A stretch of DNA of 64,000 nucleotides, taken from the NCBI GenBank assembly GCA_964409875.1, contig CAYPEN010000003.1:64557-128556 (forward strand). The letters run 5' to 3'. The notes under the pieces were generated by a model. It saw only the letters and a program-made list of their open reading frames with translations, was not told the origin of the DNA and searched no databases. Below are positions 11,247-19,946 of this stretch, piece by piece (positions within the stretch are counted from its first letter, which is position 1; every line of letters begins with the position of its first letter). The DNA is from an uncultured Gammaproteobacteria bacterium. Lineage in GTDB: Bacteria; Patescibacteriota; Microgenomatia; Levybacterales; GWA1-39-11. The translations under genes and the position numbers were made by a program.

Positions 11247-12523
11247 AAGATTGCTTTTCCAGAAATAAATTTACGAATCTCAAGCATTGCCGAATACGTG
11301 GGAAGGATAGTCAATATTTTTCCTTTCGGAGTTTGGGATAGCGCCTGCTGGTATGCTTTCTCAAATTTTTCAAAAACCTCATGAGTTATATTTGCAAAAA
11401 GCAGGCGGTTTGCCAGGTCGTAGCTTCTCTCTCCTGAAACGTATACTTTTGCGTTTTTGTTTAAAAGCATTTCAAAATCAACATCCCAAATCCAAGAAAT
11501 GTCCCTCCCATCAGGGATGCGGTCGTTGAGCAAAATCAAAATAGTTGAGGAGTTGTTTTCAATTGCGACTTTTAAAGATTCGTTAAGGCCGGTTGGGTTT
11601 TTTGAGAGCAAGACCATGACTTTTCGACCATCAATATCAATGGTTTCCTGTCTGCCGAATGCGGGTTCAAAGCTTGAAAGACTTTTTGTGGAGTCGTATG
11701 GGAGTATGCCGAATAATTTATCGGTCAAAAGAATAATAGAAGACAAATTGTAATTGTTATATGTTCCCAATAAACTCGACTTGAAAGCATATTGTTTTGC
11801 TTTAGGATTTTGAAAATCACAGTTGCTGCATTTGTAATTTCCAAGATGCGAATATGAAATCGCGGAGTAGGAAAGGGGATTATTGCACTCCGGACAAGTC
11901 GTTGAATCGACCGCGTGGGAGAGAATTTTTGACTTTTTTAGGACATTGTCCACCGTAAAAAAGACTTTATTTTTGGCGCTTGCTGCAATATGCGCTATTT
12001 GAGGGTCGTCGGCATTAGCAACAACAAGAGTTTTGTCGGAAAACTTCTTGACTGATTCTTTCCATTTTTCGGCAGTTGTATTCACTTCCCCGTATCGGTC
12101 CAATTGGTCACGGAATAGATTGAGAAGTATAATGGCATGGGGTTCAGGAATTTCCTCTAGTACAAGAGGCAAAGTGTTTTCATCAACCTCAAATATAATT
12201 GCCTTGTGTTTGAGCGTACCTCCAATTGTTACGTGGGCTACCAAAAGGGATGCAAGGCCATTGAGTAAATTTGCCCCCGCCGTATTGGTAAGCGTTGATA
12301 TGCCATTCACCTCAAGAATGTGTGCGAGTGCTTTAGTTGTGGTGGTTTTACCGTTGGTTCCAGCTATAAGAACAACTTTTACTTCCGGATTTTTCAATAG
12401 CACTTTTTTTATGAGTCTTGCATCTGTTTTGAGTGCCAAATGTCCGGGCCATGTAGAACCAGCGCGATTAAAGAGCTTTGAAAGGCGTAATACTCCTTTT
12501 CCAATTGCTAGAGAGTGATACAT
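11243..12523 (-). CDS. murT: Lipid II isoglutaminyl synthase, Mur-ligase-like subunit
   Basis: Mur ligase P-loop AGTNGKTTTT. C-terminal region carries the C4 zinc ribbon CPEC...CSNC typical of MurT (DUF1727). Confidence 0.8.
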   Translation of the reverse strand: MYHSLAIGKGVLRLSKLFNRAGSTWPGHLALKTDARLIKKVLLKNPEVKVVLIAGTNGKTTTTKALAHILEVNGISTLTNTAGANLLNGLASLLVAHVTIGGTLKHKAIIFEVDENTLPLVLEEIPEPHAIILLNLFRDQLDRYGEVNTTAEKWKESVKKFSDKTLVVANADDPQIAHIAASAKNKVFFTVDNVLKKSKILSHAVDSTTCPECNNPLSYSAISYSHLGNYKCSNCDFQNPKAKQYAFKSSLLGTYNNYNLSSIILLTDKLFGILPYDSTKSLSSFEPAFGRQETIDIDGRKVMVLLSKNPTGLNESLKVAIENNSSTILILLNDRIPDGRDISWIWDVDFEMLLNKNAKVYVSGERSYDLANRLLFANITHEVFEKFEKAYQQALSQTPKGKILTILPTYSAMLEIRKFISGKAIL

Positions 12524-12544
12524 TCCCTAATTATACCTTAAAAG

Positions 12545-13459
12545 CTACATCGAACGGAGGATTTTAATGCGTTCTTCAATTGGGGGGTGGGTTGAGAAAA
12601 GCCCAGCCAGAAAAGAAGTTGTCTTTCTTCCCGTATCGGTTTTGAAAGGGTTTTCGATATATAAATGAGCAGTAGCGTTGGATGCGTGCTTGAGGATATT
12701 TCTATCAGATGCTATTTTTTCAAGCGCTCTAGCTAATCCTTCCGGATAGCGCGTAAGCAGAGCGCCATCTGCATCAGCCAAAAACTCCCTGCGACGCGAT
12801 ATTGCAAGCTGTATGAGCGTTGCGGCAATGGGAGCAAGAATTGCAGCAATAAGTCCAATGATAAGAAACAATCCATTTCCGCTACTGCCTTCCCGGTTGC
12901 GATCCCGTCCTCCCAACCCTCCCCACCACAGGCTTCTCATGAAAAAATCTGCCAAAATGACAATGCTTCCGGCCAGGATTGACACAACACCCATAAGCCT
13001 TGTGTCAAAATTTTTGACGTGTGAGAGTTCATGACCGATTACCCCCTCAAGCTCCGACTTTGAAAGTTTTTCAAGTATTCCGGTTGTTGCGCAAACAGCA
13101 GCATGCTTTGGGTCACGGCCGGTCGCAAAAGCGTTAGGGGCGGGATCATTCACGACATATACTTTAGGTTTGGGAAGGCCGGAGGCTATCGAAAGGTTCT
13201 CAACCGATTCGATTAGGTCGCGGTGCTCATGCTCATCAGCTGGACGTGCTCCTGACATAGAAAGAACAATCTTGTCAGAATAATAATAAGAAATCCAATT
13301 CATAATACCCGATATAACTAACATTATTCCTACAAACGACATCCCATACCCCATAGCCTTTCCTAATACATAGGAGACGCCGAGGAAAAAGATCATGAAA
13401 AACAGCATTAAAAACCAAGTTTTTCTTTTGTTAGAGCCTATAGCGTTGTAAATTGTCAT
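12545..13459 (-). CDS. htpX: M48 zinc metalloprotease HtpX
   Basis: HELSHV (HExxH) motif, N-terminal TM helices, and the HtpX C-terminal motif. Confidence 0.9.
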   Translation of the reverse strand: MTIYNAIGSNKRKTWFLMLFFMIFFLGVSYVLGKAMGYGMSFVGIMLVISGIMNWISYYYSDKIVLSMSGARPADEHEHRDLIESVENLSIASGLPKPKVYVVNDPAPNAFATGRDPKHAAVCATTGILEKLSKSELEGVIGHELSHVKNFDTRLMGVVSILAGSIVILADFFMRSLWWGGLGGRDRNREGSSGNGLFLIIGLIAAILAPIAATLIQLAISRRREFLADADGALLTRYPEGLARALEKIASDRNILKHASNATAHLYIENPFKTDTGRKTTSFLAGLFSTHPPIEERIKILRSM

Positions 13460-13496
13460 ACGATAAATACAAAAGGGATGAGTCTTTCGACTTTCT

Positions 13497-14051
13497 CTAG
13501 AATGAAACTTTTACAGGAGCTTTTTCGCTTTCTTCAGTCTCGAAGAATTCTTTTTCGGAAAAACCGAATTGTTGGGCGATAAGAGAGGATGGAAACATTT
13601 TTATCTTCGTGTTATAAGAAAGCACATTTGAATTATAAAATTGGCGGGAGTACGAGATTTTGTTCTCTGTATCTGACAGTTCTTCTTGCAATTCCTTAAA
13701 ATTTTCGCTTGCCTGAAGGGTAGGATAGGCTTCGGCTACAGCAAAAAGACTTTTTAAAGCTCCGCTTAACATATCGGACGCTTTCCCTTTTTCTTGAGGG
13801 CCTTCCGCTTTCATCATCGCACTTCTGGCTTTTGTAACATTCTCAAAAACTTCTTTCTCGTGTTTTGCGTATCCTTTCACTGTTTCAACGAGATTAGGAA
13901 TGAGGTCTGTCCTTCTCTTAAGCTGCACATCAATTCCAGAAAGAGCCTCTTTTATGCGTTCGCTCAATGTTACAAGAGAATTATAAGTAAGCCAAATGTA
14001 GGCTACTACAGCAAGAACTATGAAGAGTAGTATTCCAAGTGTAAAATTCAT
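13497..14051 (-). CDS. lemA: LemA family membrane protein
   Basis: N-terminal TM helix plus conserved LemA core ([20 protein letters not shown]...). Confidence 0.85.
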   Translation of the reverse strand: MNFTLGILLFIVLAVVAYIWLTYNSLVTLSERIKEALSGIDVQLKRRTDLIPNLVETVKGYAKHEKEVFENVTKARSAMMKAEGPQEKGKASDMLSGALKSLFAVAEAYPTLQASENFKELQEELSDTENKISYSRQFYNSNVLSYNTKIKMFPSSLIAQQFGFSEKEFFETEESEKAPVKVSF

Positions 14052-14113
14052 ATTTTAATTATTATCGCACAGGGATTGTAAGAAGTCAATTGAGGCTGGA
14101 GAGAGGGTATCGT

Positions 14114-15907
14114 TTATGACTTCATCCAGGAAAAGAAATCATCGTAAGAAAGGGTGTTCAGGATGTCCTTTTTTTCGCACCACCCTCGTCTTGCAACTGC
14201 AACGCCATAAAACATGTTGTCCATATGCGTTAACGCATGGCTGTCAGTGTCTATTACAAAGCGTATTCCTTGTTCCTTTGCGTCCTTCACCAAAGAGTCT
14301 GGAAGATCCAGCCGCTCGGGCCAGGCATTTATTTCAAGAGCCTTGTTGTTTTCTTTACAAAATGCAAATAATTTTTCCCAATCAAGCTGATAACCGGTGC
14401 GTGAATTGATGAGTCTGCCGGTCGGGTGGGCTAGAATTCTTGCCTTTGGATGAGAAAGACCTTTTATTACACGCTCGGTCATTTTATCAATCGGAGTATT
14501 AAAGGAGCTGTGTATTGAGACAATTGCTCCATCGATAAGGTCAAGGCTACGCTCGTCCAGGGCAAGCTCGCCGGATGCAAGAATATCAACTTCAAGTAAA
14601 TTTATTATACGAACACTTTTTCTGTTCGAAGATTTTTCTTGTACGGTTTTAAGTTGTTCAATTTTTTCCCTCCTTTTTTGGAGAATGTCATAAATCTCAT
14701 TTTTTGAATGGTTCATAATGCTTGGGTTGTGCTCTGAAAAACCGAGGTAAGAGTATCCAAGCACCTCTGCTTTTTTGAGCATATCAGTCATCGAAGCATT
14801 TCCATAATCATGACTTGAATCAATTGGATAATCAGAATGAATATGGAGGTCCCCTTTGATATCGGAAAGTTCGATAAGGTTAGGCAAGGTGCCGTTAAGA
14901 GCCGCTTCTATTTCTCCTTCATTCTCACGGATTTCAGGAGGAATCCAATCCATACCTAAAAAACGGTAGAATTTTTCTTCGGTATCAAATTCCTTGAGCC
15001 TATTGTCCTCACCCGTGATTTTTATTCCACGTTCAGAAAGCGAGAAGCCTTTTTTTATGGCAAATTCTCGAAGAGCTACGTTATGATGTTTGCTTCCCGT
15101 AAAATGCTGAAGTAGAGAGCCAAACTGAGCTGGTGGGAGCACTAGAAGGTCTATATGCTTGCCTCCACCTATGAGGAGAGATGCGGTAGTTGGTCCCTTT
15201 TCAATAACGCGCTCCTTTCCGGGAAATGAGACAAAATGTTCAATAACAGCACTTGGATTTTTAGAGGTTACCGCAAAGTCAACGTCGCCAATTGTCGAGA
15301 CCATTCGTCTTAAACTTCCAAGCGGCATGATCTGTTCAACATCTTTCGATTTCTCCATGTGCTTTATGATTTCCTGGGCAAGCGAGAACGCATAGGGAAG
15401 CACCATTCTTCCAGTTTTTGTTGTTCCTGTTTTGTATTCTGAAATAGCCTGCAATATGTCTTGTTGCGATTTTTCACCAAATCCGTCAAGCTCGGCAATC
15501 CTGCCTTCTTGGGCTATCTTTTCTATTTCCCCAATAACAGTTGTGGGATTGGTAAGCTTGAAATGTGTAACGAGTTTGAATGCCTTTTTGGGTCCGAAGG
15601 ATGGGATATCAAGAAGCGGGAAGACTGCAGGAGAAACATCTTTCATAACTTCTTCATAATGCTTTACGTGTCCTGTCATAAAGAGTTCCGTTAAGCGCTC
15701 CTGCATTGTCGCCCCGATTCCGGAAATTTTATCGAGACTTTGTTGTTTGAAAAGTGTAAAAAGCTCTGTCGAGAGTTTTTCAACGACATCAGCAGCCTTT
15801 TGGTAAGCGATTATTTGAAATTTGTATTTCTTTTCGTTTTGAATTGAATATACGGCAGCAACCTGGCGAAAAAGTTTAGCAATTTCAAGGTTGGTAAAGC
15901 CTTTCAT
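14114..15907 (-). CDS. polX: DNA polymerase X family protein with C-terminal PHP phosphoesterase domain
   Basis: Pol beta-like N-terminus (HhH, GSxxRGxxxxxDxD-type region) and a C-terminal PHP His-rich domain. Start probably at the internal Met (15907). Confidence 0.85.
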   Translation of the reverse strand: MKGFTNLEIAKLFRQVAAVYSIQNEKKYKFQIIAYQKAADVVEKLSTELFTLFKQQSLDKISGIGATMQERLTELFMTGHVKHYEEVMKDVSPAVFPLLDIPSFGPKKAFKLVTHFKLTNPTTVIGEIEKIAQEGRIAELDGFGEKSQQDILQAISEYKTGTTKTGRMVLPYAFSLAQEIIKHMEKSKDVEQIMPLGSLRRMVSTIGDVDFAVTSKNPSAVIEHFVSFPGKERVIEKGPTTASLLIGGGKHIDLLVLPPAQFGSLLQHFTGSKHHNVALREFAIKKGFSLSERGIKITGEDNRLKEFDTEEKFYRFLGMDWIPPEIRENEGEIEAALNGTLPNLIELSDIKGDLHIHSDYPIDSSHDYGNASMTDMLKKAEVLGYSYLGFSEHNPSIMNHSKNEIYDILQKRREKIEQLKTVQEKSSNRKSVRIINLLEVDILASGELALDERSLDLIDGAIVSIHSSFNTPIDKMTERVIKGLSHPKARILAHPTGRLINSRTGYQLDWEKLFAFCKENNKALEINAWPERLDLPDSLVKDAKEQGIRFVIDTDSHALTHMDNMFYGVAVARRGWCEKKDILNTLSYDDFFSWMKS

Positions 15908-16099
15908 GCGTTTATAATAGCACAAAAGACACTATTATTTGCTGTTTTGAGGCCATTGACTGACGATGTTCTTGTTGGTAGAATAGTTGAACCAAAGATT
16001 GAAGATTTTGGGGTGAAGCCAACTATTGCGCTACGCGCTGGGGTGGCATTCAAAGCTCTGAAAGAGCTTTTCATCCACCCCAAAAAATTTTATTTTTTT

Positions 16100-16173
16100 G
16101 GGGTGGTAGCTCAGTTGATTAGAGCGCTTCCCTGTCACGGAAGAGGTCGCGGGTTTGAGTCCCGTTCACCCCG
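16100..16173 (+). tRNA. tRNA-Asp (GTC)
   Basis: Folded by hand as a cloverleaf: acceptor GGGGTGG/TCACCCC, anticodon loop CTGTCAC. No encoded CCA. Confidence 0.9.
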
Positions 16174-16270
16174 CAAAAAAGCGTTGGGGTAATACAAACC
16201 GGTCACGGAAGATGTCGCGTTGTTAGCTTTGCTAACCAGCAAGCTGGAATGAGTCCCGTTCACCCCGCAA
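16174..16270 (+). repeat. Degenerate partial copy of the tRNA-Asp 3' half (CACGGAAGAtGTCGCG...GAGTCCCGTTCACCCCGCAAAA) with a ~30-nt insertion
   Basis: Direct comparison with the tRNA at 16130-16180. The final 23 nt are identical. Confidence 0.8.
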
Positions 16271-16335
16271 AAAGCCTAAGCATTTTTCTGCCCCGAATTC
16301 ATTATCCTGCCACTATATATTTGATAACTATAACT

Positions 16336-16968
16336 ATGCCGAGAAAAATAAAAAACCGTTACGAAAGTATCCTTGATAAAAGATACGATTTTGATATCCA
16401 AAAATTGATGGATAGCTCTAATTCATATAAGAGTCTTATCTACGGAATTGTGACAGTCGTCGTGCTCTTTATTGTGCTTGCGCTTGGTCTTCGTACGATG
16501 TCACAAAATAAAGCGCAAATAGATGACGGTGCTGTCATGACGCAAAAATCCACAGAGACCATGTCTGACAACCGATACGTAGTTACGGAAGGAGAGACAC
16601 TGTGGAGTATTGCCGAAAAATCATACAACGACGGTTTTAAATGGAGGGATATTGCAAAAGCTAACAATATTTCCGATCCTACTACTCTTGAGAAAGGAAC
16701 ACGTCTTGTTATCCCCAAGTTAGCATCAGCGCAAAAATCATCACCTGCGATGATTAATGCAACTCCAACCCCCGTCCAACCGGGACAGCAGGTGGACGCA
16801 AAAATTACCGGAAACTCATACAAAACCGTTCATGGCGACTATCTTTGGGAAATTGCAGTAAGAGCCTATGGGGATGGATACCGTTGGGTTGATATCGCCT
16901 CAGCTAACAACATGACCAATCCTGACCTTATTTTCTCCGGAAAAGAATTAAAGCTCCCCAGACCGTAG
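16336..16968 (+). CDS. LysM-domain peptidoglycan-binding protein (N-terminal TM anchor, two LysM repeats)
   Basis: Two LysM motifs (GETLWSIAEKSY...LVIP and GDYLWEIAVRAY...ELKLP) and a TM helix after MPRKIK. Confidence 0.85.
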   Translation: MPRKIKNRYESILDKRYDFDIQKLMDSSNSYKSLIYGIVTVVVLFIVLALGLRTMSQNKAQIDDGAVMTQKSTETMSDNRYVVTEGETLWSIAEKSYNDGFKWRDIAKANNISDPTTLEKGTRLVIPKLASAQKSSPAMINATPTPVQPGQQVDAKITGNSYKTVHGDYLWEIAVRAYGDGYRWVDIASANNMTNPDLIFSGKELKLPRP

Positions 16969-17016
16969 AGTTTTTCATAAAAATATATTTCCCGTGTGTT
17001 AAAATTGCAATTAAGC

Positions 17017-17157
17017 GGGAGTAGTTCAGTGGTAAGCTGCATTAAATGCATCTTGAAATTGCATCGCAATTTTAAGTAAGCTTGCCACCTCACATTAAAA
17101 ATTAAGCGGGAGTAGTTCAGTGGTAAGAAAAGCTTGCCACCTCACATTAAAAATTAA
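17017..17157 (+). repeat. Two tandem units of a tRNA-Gly 5' fragment (GCGGGAGTAGTTCAGTGGTAAG) each followed by a shared spacer (AAGCTTGCCACCTCACATTAAAAATTAA), directly abutting the intact tRNA-Gly
   Basis: Direct repeat inspection. Unit 1 carries an extra ~40-nt insert. Confidence 0.85.
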
Positions 17158-17229
17158 GCGGGAGTAGTTCAGTGGTAGAATGCTTCCTTCCCAAGGAAGA
17201 GGTCGCCGGTTCAAATCCGGTCTCCCGCT
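17158..17229 (+). tRNA. tRNA-Gly (CCC)
   Basis: Cloverleaf: acceptor GCGGGAG/CTCCCGC, anticodon loop TTCCCAA, T-loop TTCAAAT. Confidence 0.9.
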
Positions 17230-17276
17230 CACATTTTTTATTGAAAATCCGATTAAAATAAGCTACTCTTGAATTT

Positions 17277-17618
17277 GTGAAAAAAGTAATTCTCGAAACC
17301 ATCCTGGGGCTTCTTCTTTTTCTTGGAGGTTTTGGCCTTATTTTTTCTGGTCTTACCGGCGTAATGCAGGGAATTTTTGGGATATTTGGTATGGGCGGCG
17401 GAGTACTTGTTGTTGCCATTGGTGTATTCCTGCTTTATAAAGCAGGAACTAAGGATATACAGAAACCGAATTTTGTGACCTCTATAGTTCCTGAAAATGG
17501 TGAAAAAAAGAGTATTCTTGAAAAAAACCAGGAGTTAGTTGATGATTACAACAAGACCATGAGGGCCCGCGACAAATTGAAAATTTTAAAAATGTCTGCT
17601 GCCGCTGACGAAAAATAA
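17277..17618 (+). CDS. Small hypothetical membrane protein (2 TM, GTG start)
   Basis: 113 aa with Gly-rich TM helices and a charged C-terminal tail. Confidence 0.5.
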   Translation: MKKVILETILGLLLFLGGFGLIFSGLTGVMQGIFGIFGMGGGVLVVAIGVFLLYKAGTKDIQKPNFVTSIVPENGEKKSILEKNQELVDDYNKTMRARDKLKILKMSAAADEK

Positions 17619-17669
17619 CGTCAAAAAAAAGACGTTTTGATGTGCTAATTTTCAGGAAGAAATTCCCCG

Positions 17670-17698
17670 TTGACACGTTTTTGCCTATTTGATAATAT
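17670..17698 (+). promoter_or_regulatory. Sigma70-like promoter for pyrG (TTGACA-17-TAATAT), giving a leaderless or near-leaderless mRNA (GTG at 17704)
   Basis: Canonical hexamers by eye. The -10 element ends 5 nt before the start codon. Confidence 0.6.
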
Positions 17699-17703
17699 AA
17701 ATC

Positions 17704-19368
17704 GTGCCGCGCAAGAATTTAAACACTAAATATATTTTCGTGTCCGGAGGAGTAATTTCCGGAATAGGAAAGGGACTCACAGCATCCTCCATATCATTTC
17801 TTCTCAAAAAAGCCGGTTATAAAGTAGCCCCTATTAAATTTGAAAACTATCTCAATTTGGATGCAGGAACGATAAATCCTATTGAGCATGGTGACCCGTT
17901 TCTGTGTGAAGACGGGACTGAGGCGGATATGGATATCGGGTCTTATGAAAAGTTCCTCGATGAAGACATGGGAAAAGCTAACTTTGTCACAATGGGGAGG
18001 ATTTACCAGACGGTTATTGACAGGGAGAGAAGGTTTGAATATAACGGCGAAGATGTAGAAGCAATACCGCACATTACGGACGAAATTACCGCAAGGATAA
18101 AAAATGTAGCTAAAGTTCACGATGCCGATATCGTAGTTATTGAGCTCGGAGGAACTGCAGGGGAGTACCAGAATATATTTTATTACGAGGCTTCCCGCAT
18201 CATGACTCTTAAAAATCCGGGAGACGTTATCCATATTCATGTCAGCTATGTTCCAACCCCCAGCCATTTAGGGGAGCCTAAAACAAAACCCACACAGCTT
18301 TCAGTAAGAACTCTTAATTCGATGGGGATTCAGCCTGATTTTATCATCGCCCGTTCTGCACGGTATCTTGACCAGCGGAGAAAAGATAGGTTTGCGCTTT
18401 TCTGCAATATGCATCCGGAGGACATTATTTCAAATCCCGATGTTGAAACGGTGTATGAGATTCCCCTCGTTCTTCACAGCCAAGGACTTGAAAAGCGTAT
18501 TTTCCTAAAACTGGGGCTTCCCGATAAAAAGCCCGATTTAACTTCATGGGAGAAAATGGTTGAAAAGATAAAATCTAAAAAGAAAAAAACTGTCGAAATT
18601 GCAATTGTCGGTAAATATTTCGGAACTGGAGAATATCAATTAAGGGATTCATATGCGGCTCTGCTTGACGCCATAGAACATGCTTCGTGGAGTGCTGAAG
18701 TTGAAGTAGTGACCCGTTGGGTAAATGCCGAAAAAGTTGAGAAAGAAGGGGCGGAGTCAGCAATTGGTAAGCCGGATGGAATAATTGTTCCTATTGGTTG
18801 GGGGGAAAGAGGGTCAGAGGGAATGATACAAGCGGTTGAATACTCATTAGACAGAAAAATTCCCTATCTTGGGCTTTGTTACGGAATGCAACTTGCCGTT
18901 GTTGGTTTTGCCCGACACATAATGGGATGGAAAGATGCTAACACGACTGAGAATGTGACAAATACAAAACACCCGGTGATACATATGATAGAGAATCAGA
19001 AGGAACTTATGGCAAGACGTGCGTATGGAGGTACAATGAGGCTTGGGGCGTGGGATGCGCAGGTAAAAAAAGGGACAAGGGCATACGAAATCTATAAGAA
19101 AGCTGGGCTTTTCATCAAAGGAAAAGATGGTTTAACTTCTGAAAGACACCGACATAGATATGAATTCAATAATGAGTTTGCGAATGATTTTGAAAAAGCC
19201 GGGCTTGTCATTTCCGCTCGCTCAGTGGTTGAGAATCTCGTTGAAATTATAGAGCTTCCAAAAGAGGCGCATCCATTTTTTGTAGGCACACAAGGCCATC
19301 CCGAATATAAAAGCAGACCCACACATCCGCATCCACTATTTGTAGAATTCCTCAAGGCTGCTGCTTAG
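17704..19368 (+). CDS. pyrG: CTP synthase
   Basis: N-terminal synthetase domain (YIFVSGGVISGIGKG) and C-terminal GATase with GLCYGMQ. Confidence 0.95.
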   Translation: MPRKNLNTKYIFVSGGVISGIGKGLTASSISFLLKKAGYKVAPIKFENYLNLDAGTINPIEHGDPFLCEDGTEADMDIGSYEKFLDEDMGKANFVTMGRIYQTVIDRERRFEYNGEDVEAIPHITDEITARIKNVAKVHDADIVVIELGGTAGEYQNIFYYEASRIMTLKNPGDVIHIHVSYVPTPSHLGEPKTKPTQLSVRTLNSMGIQPDFIIARSARYLDQRRKDRFALFCNMHPEDIISNPDVETVYEIPLVLHSQGLEKRIFLKLGLPDKKPDLTSWEKMVEKIKSKKKKTVEIAIVGKYFGTGEYQLRDSYAALLDAIEHASWSAEVEVVTRWVNAEKVEKEGAESAIGKPDGIIVPIGWGERGSEGMIQAVEYSLDRKIPYLGLCYGMQLAVVGFARHIMGWKDANTTENVTNTKHPVIHMIENQKELMARRAYGGTMRLGAWDAQVKKGTRAYEIYKKAGLFIKGKDGLTSERHRHRYEFNNEFANDFEKAGLVISARSVVENLVEIIELPKEAHPFFVGTQGHPEYKSRPTHPHPLFVEFLKAAA

Positions 19369-19495
19369 TTTTTCTTAGAAAGATAAGTTCTTTTTAACTT
19401 ATTGATAATTGGCCTTGTTTTGACGTATTTAATCATTTTGCTCGAGCTTGCAATTATGATTATCCGATTATGAACTCAAAAAAACATTTTTATGA

Positions 19496-19524
19496 TTGCA
19501 TAAATTGAGTATTTTGAGTATAAT
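19496..19524 (+). promoter_or_regulatory. Sigma70-like promoter for rplS (TTGCAT-17-TATAAT), giving a leaderless mRNA (ATG at 19532)
   Basis: Canonical hexamers. The TTG start in the ORF track is actually the -35 element. Confidence 0.6.
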
Positions 19525-19531
19525 AAGCTTC

Positions 19532-19846
19532 ATGGAAAATTCAGAAGCACAAGAATTAGACCTTCGGGCGGGTATGGCTGTTAAGGTCTTTCAAAAATTT
19601 GTTGAAGGAAAAAAAGAAAGAATTGTCGCTTTTCAAGGTAAAATCGTGAAATCGCGGGGAGCAGGTCCTGATAAAATGGTGACGGTTAGGCAATTTATAG
19701 ACGGGGTAGACGTGGATAGAATTTTCCCTCTCAATGCCCCAGGAATTGTGAAGTTGGAAAATATCGAAATAAAAAAGAAGAAATCACGCAAAAAAACTAC
19801 GAAAAAAGTTACCAAACTCTCCAAAAAAACCCTCGGAAAAAAATAA
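19532..19846 (+). CDS. rplS: 50S ribosomal protein L19
   Basis: L19 core (VKV...GKKERIVAFQGKIV...VTVRQFIDGVDVDRIFPLNAP) with a Lys-rich tail. Confidence 0.85.
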   Translation: MENSEAQELDLRAGMAVKVFQKFVEGKKERIVAFQGKIVKSRGAGPDKMVTVRQFIDGVDVDRIFPLNAPGIVKLENIEIKKKKSRKKTTKKVTKLSKKTLGKK

Positions 19847-19946
19847 GCCTTTCTCTCGCATTTTATGCGGATGTTTTGTTCCAAAAAATCCTAAATTAAG
19901 GACGAAAGTCTTGGCACCGTCCCCATTCGGTCCGTTACACTAAAAT

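Noticed and set aside
15947-16192. 81-aa plus-strand ORF
   Set aside because: It runs through the tRNA-Asp gene and its upstream self-like fragments, so it is not coding.
17017-17157. Possible CRISPR array or tandem tRNA pseudogenes
   Set aside because: The repeat unit is a tRNA 5' fragment and the spacers are identical rather than variable. There are no cas genes. None of the copies folds into a cloverleaf.
17147-17419. 90-aa minus-strand ORF containing ETGFEPATS
   Set aside because: It is the classic antisense translation of a tRNA gene (tRNA-Gly here) and overlaps the real plus-strand membrane protein gene.
19496-19531. TTG start extending rplS by 12 codons (MHKLSILSIISF)
   Set aside because: The TTG is the -35 hexamer of a canonical promoter. 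L19 homology begins at the ATG at 19532.
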